From NCBI GenBank assembly GCA_051294905.1, contig CM119371.1, positions 16,184,001 to 16,248,000 on the forward strand: a stretch of DNA of 64,000 nucleotides. The letters run 5' to 3'. Both the position numbers and the translations under genes were made by a program. Below, piece by piece: positions 54,154 to 64,000 of this stretch. A model generated the notes under the pieces. The model searched no databases. It saw nothing but the letters and a program-made list of their open reading frames with translations, and had not been told where the DNA came from. Each line of letters begins with the position of its first letter. Within the stretch, counting starts at the first letter, position 1. Source of the stretch: Botryllus schlosseri. Taxonomy: Eukaryota.

Positions 54154-55149
54154 GAGTGTTGTAGCATCACAGCATTTAGCCAACAAGCCGTGGTCCGTGC
54201 GAATGTCCCTAAATACCCTCTTCCTGTATCACAAACATGTTACATTCGGAAAAATCATAGAGATGTCGAATTTGAACCCGTGCATGTAAATTTTTCACCG
54301 TCAATGTATAATATATATTGGACATTGTACAGCAAGCAGTTAAATAAACAGTGGCACGTATTGAAGAACTAGTAGCGGACAGCATCAACTAGCGATATTT
54401 AAGGGCAACCACATAAATACGTATTTTCCGCATGTTTTGCCGCACAAAATTGAGACGTACAAGGGATCGTAGTGCATAATCATTTACAAGATAATAAACA
54501 CTCATGTTAACACCAACAAAAGCCTAAATTCACTGCTAAAGTTTCACAATTATTCGAATAAACACCATAGATGAATTGGTTGGCATCCGTCCATTGTAGC
54601 AAACGATGACGTACTGGTTAGTAGCCGAATCCGCTGTGTGATCTTGTATCGCACGGAAAAGTTGGATGAATAGTATATACAGTTGGTAAAATGCATAAAA
54701 GGAAACTCATTCTTACAAGTTAACATATCTTCATATAGTCCACAATCAGTAAATAATCTCTTACGGTACTAACGAACACGATTCAGTGAGTACATATTGA
54801 TGTTGCTCCAATGGCCATGAGCATAGCAGATAGGAATATATACAGAAAATCTTCAGTTCTAAATCTACTCAGGCGTAAGATATAAAAACTCAAAAAATCT
54901 ACACATGCATCGTGCTATATCCGCATCTAAAAGTGCTGGAACATACAACAAGAAGAAATTCGCTTCAGTTTAATTGAAAAAGTTGAAATATAGACCACAT
55001 ATATATTTATCAGGCATACACATCATACTCAATAGAATCAGCGATCAAAAAGCGATACGAAATTGAATGTTATAGATGAAACCTTTCTTGGGAGGTTGCT
55101 ATAGGCACTGCTATGGTTCACAGCAGTAATTAGTCTACTGATTATATGG

Positions 55150-55660
55150 CTAATGTTAATACTGTTACAGCACGTACTTCTGTCTCAAAGATACTCGCGC
55201 TATATACTCGACATGCAAGACTTTCTCGCCCGAGTGGTGTCGATAATATTCACTATTGGGTCATTTATAAAGTATGCCATATATCCGGGAACGCAGCCGG
55301 TAGAGGATTTTGTGGCGTAAGGCTAAAATATCTTCAAAACATTGTTGACACACTATGGGCTCAAACTGGCATCTCAATACGAGTTTTGCCATGGGAAATT
55401 ACTTCCCGCATATATAAAATGCTTAATCATGCCATTCAAGATAATTCATGTTTTAGAGTTCTATTTGAGGCGATTTATAATGTTTTCATTTCACATATAG
55501 GATGCTGTCAGCGGTATGCAGTATGCAACATCCCATAGCAGGTATAAAATACACTTTTTGGAAGTTTGCTGGGTATGGGGCGGTTACCTAGTTGGTCATT
55601 GACTGTTATCGATATTAGTTCATAGCATATTTCAACAACGTGCATCTAGTTATAATTTGT
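55150..55660 (+). pseudogene. Possible highly decayed LINE reverse-transcriptase fragment
   Basis: PSGVDNI, PWEITSRIYK and an IDIS...FNNVH-like patch occur in RT-motif order; similarity is weak. Confidence 0.3.
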
Positions 55661-55758
55661 GCTTCCTAATTCGGAAAAAAATCTATTCTATTGCGTAACA
55701 TGCCGTTAGGGTTTTGAGTAAATTAAAATCGGGTGTTAATCGTGAAAAGATAGCTTTA

Positions 55759-58700
55759 TCACGTGTTACCCATGCCTTGAAAAGCTGGGTTGTATGTGAT
55801 GGCGGTAGGGTTTTCGTAAGCAGGGTTGTCGCTCTGAAAAAACCATAAGAAATACAGTTTATTCGTATTCGTTTCCAGCTTCGAAGGTCGGGTTGACGAA
55901 CGTTTTCTCCGCCTTCTCGAAAATCGGATTCTCGCTCTACAAAATACAGCATTGGGTAGGTGAATGATTCAAGACATGCGACGTGTTTTGAGATGTCCCT
56001 ATGATCGTGTCATAGATCAACATATGTGGAAATTGATCACAGATCAAATAAGTCAGCGCTGCGACTCAGCCGGAAGTAAATTTTTACTCGTTATGAATTG
56101 AATTAGCATGTCAAAACTATTTCTAGTGGAAATAGAAAAGGAATATATGCATTTATGCAGAGCACTTAAATAAGAAGTTCAGAAATGTAGATTTGGCCGA
56201 TGGGTCGCACACATTTACCAGGTGTTCGTAGGTACCATGCCCTTCTTAGAAGTCGCAGGGAGCTATACTAACACAGAATGGCCAATAGCAGTCACGACAC
56301 CAATGGCTGCTGGTTCGAGACCAGGCTCTGCCTAGGTTCTACGTGTCGGAAGTTTATCTGGGCTCCTCATCGCCGACCTCATTGCATATGCAGTGTCATA
56401 CGAAGAGCCCAAATAGATTAAGTGAAGTCGAGGCTTCGAAGATCGACAGCAACAGTGGCTGACGAGAAGATTTGGAAGAGAGAGTGAAAGATGGCGAATG
56501 AACGCGTGACTGGAAGTCGTCCGGGAAGGAGGACCACGAGTAAAAGACCTGAACCTAAACCTGAACGATGCAATAGTCATGATCGGGGCGCAAATGATCG
56601 AATAGGCGATTAGCGTAAAAACACCGTTCAGTAAAACAAACAATGACAATGGTAATAAATGCAATCTACGAAAACATATTCAGTTACCGTGACGCATAGG
56701 CTCTTTTGCTCAGTCGCCGCGACAATTCTACTCATCAGAGTAATGCACGTATGTACCAAAACTATATCCTACTCAACAAAATCGGAAGTGAAAAAATAAA
56801 GTAGGTTTGCACAGACTATTGTCAATGTAGACATGAACGTCGTTAAAAAGTGAAATCCTGCGAGTTAGCTGTTCAAATATGCAAAACCACATGGGCCTCG
56901 CCGATCAATTGCATAATTCACATGTGAAGAATTGTTGACCCACAGGCAGCGGAGCTCAAATAAGTTATTGCTGGTATGTGAGGCGGTATATGATTTCCTA
57001 TATAAAAGTACTGGGTATGACTAGCACCAGTTCATTGGTTACTTCTTTTCAATGTTAAAAACGAATACTTGGCGCTTTTCTCCACTGCTGCCCTCCGTGT
57101 TAAATTTCATAAAGACAGCTGAATATAACTGAGTTATGGCCGCGATTATGGTACTGTTGTAAGCCGGGAATCATAATTTGTGATGGGTGTAACGATTTGA
57201 GAACTGCAATCATAGTTGAGTTGGTGTTTGATATTTTTTGGGCGACGTAATTATGAGACCGTTGCGACTGTGAAATGAAGTGTAGTTTGGATACATTCTC
57301 CCCAACGAATTGATCGAGATGCATTATGGCCACACTGAGATATAAAATAGTCGTAGTCAAGAATTGTACCAAATTATTTTTGAAGTTGTAATCGGAAATA
57401 TCTAACCCCGTGGCCACAAAAATCACGCATACTTGAACTTTTCAAGTCGTCTGGAAGATTACTACTACTACTAATAGTAGTAGTAGTAGTAGCTATTTCA
57501 AAAAAGTGAAAAAGTAACTATTATAGCCCTGGTTTTGCGTTAAAAACTGAAACATGTTGAAGGGTCTACTGATCTAAGCCTTTAGATAAGGGTTTCGTGA
57601 TCTTTTGTTAGCTCAGAGCCCTAACATTGTTATAGAGGGTTACGTAGACTCCAAGGCAGAATATTCATCAGTACTAATATGAGCTACGATACATTTATTG
57701 ATATGGTTACGTCCGGTAATATCAAGTAAGTCACACTTCAAGACCTTGTTGGGTAATTTCTTTTTAATTCGGAAATGGAGTGAATCTGGCAGAGTTAGGT
57801 CGGTAACAACCGGAAAATGCCTGTAGTCATTGCGTTAAATCGACAAATTAGGGGTTCTCATACGCGGATTCCAAAAGCTGCAGATTGCCATCGAAAATCC
57901 CGCCTTCTTGGCGCAAGAATCACCTGCTTCCTAGCCGGACCCGAACCTAACATTTTCACCGGCCTCTCGTGGGCCCCTAAATCCCCACAGGTCTAGCGAC
58001 CCCAGTTTAGAACACCTGCTATAGATAACTTCGTAATTCAGTAGGGTCGCAAAATGACAACAAAGTATTACCTGAGTCCATTTACTCTTCTTCCTCTCCT
58101 CCTCAAATTCCTCCCACAATCTCTTATCTCGCCTGATCGTGTATATCTTCCACAATATCAGCGCTATAATGCCGAGCAGCACCACACCAGCGACGATGGG
58201 TAGCACGATGATAACGGCGTCTATGGGCTCTGGGCAATCTACAGAGGAAAAATTGCACATAAATACAGTACATGGGAAAGAAATAGGTGCACTCACCAGA
58301 ATTTCACCTAATGTAAGGGTGGAATTAGGTGTATTCACAATATTCAAACCTACTACATTGGTGGAAAATAGGTGTGTTGACCAGCCTTATGCCGTAGCTT
58401 AGGATGTAAATCGGCCCATCAACACTTTTTAGTAGGAATTTCACTTTCAAACCTTTTCCAATAGGCTAGAATTACAAATACACGAATCCTTCTGGAGATA
58501 AATCTCTCAGGGGTGCACTAGGTTCTGTTCACGTATAAACTTTTTGGGTCTTCTTGGTGTGATACAAAACAATAAAAACTACTGCAATGCTGGGATAAAT
58601 CTCCATAAGAAATGGGGCATTAGATTAATTTCCACCTATAGGAATAGGTGTGGCAGCAAATTCCGCACGAGAGAGTGCCGTTTAGTACAGCGAAACGCAC

Positions 58701-61700
58701 GGTTTTCGACCTCAGCGAATAGCAGCAACTTTTAGGTTAGCTGCACTTCGAATATGATGACTTTTTGAGAACAAATCTTATTTAGAGCGCAAGGCTCCTT
58801 TTAGGGACAGTCAACTTCATACCATCGACGTGATCATAAAAGGTTTTAGGCGTATTTCTGTCATCACATAGCAAGCCAGCTCATAGTTACCAATGCTCTG
58901 CTCTGCGGATGTCAACGTACGCCATAGCGGTCACATACATACCTGTCGTTGAGTCGTATATCTTCACAAAACCATGGTAGCGGTCGTCAGTTGTCCAATA
59001 CACGTCGTAGGAATATGAGCACCCATCGGCGAAGGTGCCAAGGCACTTTATGTGTGCGTGACTGCGTGGAAAATGAGTTTGAATACAAGGAATATAGCAT
59101 CTCATTAAAACGGCGAATATTGGTTTCAGTTTTGTGTTCTTTTAAGTACGATTTCTATGTGGCGAGATAGCACAGTGGTATAATCCACGGCTGCGACACC
59201 AATGTGTTGCGGGTTCGAGTCCGACCGAAGTCGACTTCAGAGCTTCTACCCAAGTGTTGGAGAGGCTCCTCCTCGCCATCTCATCCGTGTAGAAAGTGTC
59301 TTATAAAAGCCTAGAAGTCGGCAGCTACGAAATAAAAATGAAGAATATAGGCCGGGTGTAGATGACCATTGACCATAGTATGGTCGACAAACACCATGAA
59401 TACAACAAACAAACAAACAAACAAACAAGCAAACATGGTAACTGAATATAAATACACGAATGTAGTACATTATTTTAGTGTCATAATTAATCTTACGTTA
59501 GTTGCGCAGATGTACCCTTCATGTTTGAAAGTGGCCGCGTATGTTACAGTAGTGCAGTGGTTCCCAACCGGGGGGGGGATTCCCCCCTTGGGGGGAATTT
59601 TGACATTTTTAGGGGGGAATCTGACTTAATTTTTTAGGGGAAATCTGGCTTTGGCATTGTTCCGGAAGATACACTGGGTTCACAAGGTTTTTAGATTTCT
59701 ATGGTATAGAACTGGTAAGTAGAAATTAGTTCTTTACAATTGTGTATGTTTGTTTGACGGATTTCAAGCTAGGTGTATGTTTAAATGCCTTCCGTAGATA
59801 TTACACCCCCTGATAAAGTGAGGCGCACGAGACGATTTCGTTGGGTCCGCGACAGCCTCTCGATCAAATTGCTACTAAGCAGGAAAACATAAAACCGAAT
59901 TCAGCACAAGGCCGCTGGTGAAATTGTTTAACTTCTTAAGCCAACATATGAGCTAACGTGAAAAACATACCGTACCAAATCCATCGATTCAACTCAAGTC
60001 CATAGCAAGCGGACTTGGTGATTTATTTTTCGTCAGTGGCTACCCGACCGGTCAAAAACAGGTCCAGTTACTTGAGTACTTCCCAAACCTGAGTGTTATA
60101 CATTCACGCAATATAGTTTTAAAATGTCTTGAAAATCGCAACTCATACATGCACGGCGTTACTCCTAATTCCGCACCAGCGCTGACGCGTTTGGCCAATG
60201 ACCATCCCTACACAGTGCATATACACAGCTATTGATGGTGCTTGCTGCGAAAACGCAAGCTTTCATAGGATATAGTTTGAATTTTTAAAAGAGTCGCTCG
60301 GATTGAGGATATTTGATTATCAATTCCATTCGACTATTTCTATCTAATTGTGTTTTCCGTGCAATTGATTTAAAGAAATATATCCATAAAATTACGTACG
60401 CAGGATCGTATCGAGAGCATTTGCCACAGCCCGGGTCGGAAGCGGAGCATGATTCTTGACAGTCTGGAAGGGTGCTAACCTTGTCGAACAGCAAAAAGTC
60501 ATTTTGAGGACATTTCTCTTTGCAATCATCACTCTGAATAAGGAATACATGATATACACTTTACAGAATTTCGTCGACAAAGAGTTCACAATCAGCATAA
60601 GTTTTCAGCTTACTGTGCCCAACAAAAGCCCTGCAGCAGGAAAACGCTACTCAATTATTAGCCACATACTCATTCAGTCTAAATTCCTTTTGTTTTTATA
60701 CTGTACAAAAGCGGGATATTCCAGAAATTCACCGCACTATGGGCTGCGAATTAAGTTGGCATCATTTTTAGCACAAGGTTGTAATTGCAGCATGTAAGCC
60801 GGCATAACCCGTTCTTATGCATAGATGTGCTTGTATTATTTGTAACAAAATGCCAGCCAGTGAAAGTCATTTTCGCTTGTACTGTAAACTAAAAATATGG
60901 GCGTTCTAGATCTTCCAAATCAGAATAAGCATGAATAAAGATGGCGTCACGTTTTAGATTCCAATTACGGTAAACAAGCCAATTACACCCTTCGCAATGA
61001 AGCCTTATGCATAACATTGAGTGCAATCTGGAAATGAAAGCGAAGGGCGACTTATGTACGACCATGGGACGGTCATATAAAAGCTGTTCGACTAGAACAG
61101 AGGTTCTTCACCTCTACAGACCTGGTGAACATCACTACCACACTATACAATACACATCAACTACATGACTAGAGAATACTAATAGACAAAATGAACCGCG
61201 AATCAACAGCAGTGTTCATAGAACAAAATCACTAGAATGTGATATTCACACAAAACAAAAAGATAAAAAATGAACATCCACTGCACATCAGTGCGAATAC
61301 ATCTGCACCAGTCAGGTGTATGTCAAGACTCCATAGCGAACACCTGAGACTGGCTCAGCAAATCCCGTGATCTTGCGAACCTTGCTGGTCGGAATCGACT
61401 GGAGTAAAACTAGACGGCAATATGGATTTCGGAATTTAGTCCGAATGTCAATGCTATTCGGTTCTCCACCCAAATCTAATCTACGCGGTCGAAATTTATA
61501 TCAAATTGCATTGGACATGGCGATATAGTACAGTGATGCATTCCACACAATACAAAAGGTCCGACGAACACGCAGCGAAAATGCAGCACTGTAAAACACT
61601 CACCCTGCTCTTGCACTGCGCGCAATCTTTGATTCTAGGCGCGTCACACGTCAGAGTGATGCCGGTGCATTCCGGGTGCTTGCATTGGTGGCAGTAGGTA

Positions 61701-63625
61701 CCGCCCCACTTGGTCTGCAAATGTAGGGTGGATAATTTACATCAGTGAAGGAGTTCGTATGCTTTATACAATAATCAAGATCACTGTTTAAAAAAGCGAA
61801 TTGAACAATCAAGGTAATCGGAACATATGTGTTACTGCCTGATTGGGAACTCTTCAGTGACGGCCTAGTGCAGGGGTCGCCAACACGCGGCCCGCTAGGT
61901 CATATTGTGCGGCCCACGAACTGACGTGAGATTTCGGAAAAACGCTATAAGTAAAGCATTTTGTAATGCTGAAATTGATTTCAAATATTGTTGTTGTTGT
62001 TGTTTCAAAATAAGCTATTCGATTGTGCCCAACGTCAGTTTTCCTCGCTAGCTGAAACGGCTTCGGTTATGGCAACATCATTTGATCGAGGGAGAATCAG
62101 CTGATATGAATAAACATATTGCCTTGAAGTGCAATTGCCCAGACACTGCCAATACCGACATGCTTAGAAAACGGCTTCGTGCTTCCCCACAAGATAAAGC
62201 TTTAAGGAAGAGACAGTCTTTCAGCTAGTAACGTATCTCGCTAGCCACAATACCGATTCTTTAGTCGCTGATAAGCTTTTGTCAGGTATCGTGCGCAGCT
62301 CATACTTTAAAATAAAATGAATTTGCAAACCATGATATTTCTTGTTCCAATTGTACTTCTTCAATAAAATATTACTTCTTTCGCGGTAACGATGCCCGTC
62401 ACTCATAGAGAGCACAGCGTTGTACTATTGAATGTAACCTTCGATAGATCTACTTACGTAAAGTTTTTTAAACGTGGTTGCTCAACTGCGTGGCTTATGT
62501 TGTCTCAGTATTGCATTCTTGCGGCCCGCGGCCTCTACGAAATGTGAAAGTGGCCCGCGACCCGTTTTGAGTTGGCGACCCCTGACTAAAAATGTTTGCC
62601 GAACTCTGATTTACACAACAGTCGTAGCATTGGGAAAGTGTAATTCGGCTGAAGAAATTTCAAGTAGAAGTGGACGAATGGTCTAAAACAGTGGTTCCCA
62701 ACCTTTTTGGATGTCGGAACGGCATTTCAAACACGTCAGTACGTATGGAGCCGCATGGAAACACTCGAGTGAGCCATTTAGAACGGAATTTTAAAGGTAT
62801 AGACAGCCTACCCCAGAATCTCATCATTCAGCTAATTCAAAAGCTTGTACAATGTACATAGACTTCTATAGGTTACATATCGGTTATTTTAGCATTGATA
62901 GACCCAGATTGGTGGGAGCAATACATTGAAAAAAGCCCAAAATACATATCATTACTACATCATACTACTATGTCGTTCTGTGATAATAGCTCTTCATACA
63001 TTCCAGCACTTAATGCACAAGTTTGCAGGGGGATTATACGCTGAGTAATATTGCACTTATTGCAATATATAATTGACTATGAGATGATATTTTGATGTTA
63101 GTGAAATTGTGTCGAATTTACTCTTAACAGAGACGAGATATAAAAGTATATGGCCAGCAGAACTCACGATATCTGCATGTTTGACGGGTATTCATGCATG
63201 CGTTTGACGATGGTATGCGAGAATTCTCTTTCCCGGTTTTCAGCAGCAGCATTAGACGGCTTTAGACATAACTAATGTAATATCCCTCATTTTAGCTTTC
63301 ATATACAGAAATTGGGCAATAACTATACATAGCCGCGGTTAGGAATCACTGGTCAAAAACATAACCACTTGAAGTTATTGACCACCTCAGCCACTGATGC
63401 AGATTTCTCTAACTACATCCTTTCTTACCTCGTCGTCACATAGGCAAGTCTCGCACTGGCAATTGCCCCTCCCGCTGCATTTCAGCTGGCTACGATCGCC
63501 ATTCTCCCGACAGTGGACTGGGTCGCAAGTGCAAGTACCGCCATCCGAATCGCGGTTAGTGTAGGGTTCGAAGCACTCGCATTTCTTGACGCCGTTGCAG
63601 TTGCTGCACCATCCCTTGTCGGGGC
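55759..63625 (-). CDS. Integrin beta subunit gene B, 3' part: exons 63429-63625, 61604-61714, 60400-60479, 58943-59061, 58072-58238 and 55759-55833; continues beyond the right edge
   Basis: Phase-compatible GT-AG joins give Cys-rich I-EGF (CSGRGNCQCETCLC), beta-tail (CAQCK...CQESC...DGCSYSY), TM (IIVLPIVAGVVLLGIIALILWK) and a cytoplasmic tail ending KWTQSDNPAYENPTAITYNPAFQGMGNT*. Confidence 0.93.
59160..59433 (+). mobile_element. tRNA-derived SINE, family 2, with (AAAC)n tail; 3' fragments at ~19478-19620 and ~19800-19890
   Basis: A-box TAGCACAGTGG, B-box GGTTCGAGTCC, shared body ...GGTGTA(G/A)ATGACCAT...GACAAACACCATGAATAC. Confidence 0.8.
61871..62584. mobile_element. Buster/Charlie-type hAT deletion derivative in an integrin intron
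   Basis: CAGGGGTCGCCAAC...GTTGGCGACCCCTG TIRs and GCGGCCC motifs; no TSD match seen. Confidence 0.7.
62689..63351. mobile_element. hAT MITE (CAGTGGTTCCCAACC...GGTTAGGAATCACTG)
   Basis: Imperfect TIRs; TSD gtctaaaa/gtcaaaaa (7/8). Confidence 0.7.
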
Positions 63626-63780
63626 CTGGTAGACGCAGAAGCGGTCAGTGGGCCCAGCACAATGTTTAAAGTGCTTGAATGTGGATCGAGTATTGATTCC
63701 AATGAATCGAGTCGAGTATAGTGAGAGATAATTTTTTCGAGTGCTGAGATATGTGCGTTCTTTGCCACTCAGAGTACCGT

Positions 63781-64000
63781 GTCGAGATAGTGTAATGGTT
63801 ATGCGTCCGACTTCTCGAGCGGTAGGTCGTGGGTCGATCCCCGGCCGGGTCATACCAAAGACTCGAAGTTTGGTATCCGCAGCTATCCTGCTAGGCGCTC
63901 AGCTATCACGGATAGCATGGAGGGGAAAACAACGGGGGCGCAGACTAGATGACCTCATGGGGCCGTATCGCAACTCCGTCGTCAAAGCATATCGATGGTG
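63781..64000 (+). mobile_element. tRNA-derived SINE, family 1, cut by the window edge and antisense within an integrin intron
   Basis: Near-identical to 45477-45696. Confidence 0.85.

Noticed and set aside
57580..57620. Alternative integrin terminal exon (GSELTKDHETLI*)
   Set aside because: The acceptor is weak and there is no NPxY; the exon at 55759-55833 fits much better. An alternative isoform cannot be excluded without RNA data.
59497..59520. Possible integrin micro-exon (GYICATN followed by GTAAG)
   Set aside because: Phase is incompatible; exons 60400 and 59061 already join in frame.

Overview
Eukaryotic, intron-containing, AT-rich invertebrate DNA. An ascidian or other tunicate is my guess from gene style; this is inference only. 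Host genes, all on the minus strand, are: the 5' end of one integrin-beta gene (exons 9916-9985 and 4665-4797); an intronless orphan 7TM/GPCR-like gene (22330-23385); an intronless BTB-BACK-Kelch gene (40841-42424); and the 3' half of a second integrin-beta gene (six exons, 63625 to 55759). The rest is a dense, nested landscape of hAT-type MITEs with 8-bp target-site duplications (TSDs), fold-back elements, tRNA-derived SINEs and LINE scraps. A local duplication (26430-38289 vs 46011-51317) preserves empty insertion sites. The stand-out feature is a complete 6.4-kb P-superfamily transposon (28871-35297, 74-bp CATG terminal inverted repeats (TIRs), 8-bp TSD). Its 15-exon THAP/DDE transposase stops shortly after the catalytic core, while a separate, convergent antisense gene encodes what looks like the missing P-transposase C-terminal domain. 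This is a candidate two-gene 'split transposase' P element; this copy carries disabling lesions. All exon structures and coordinates were read by eye.
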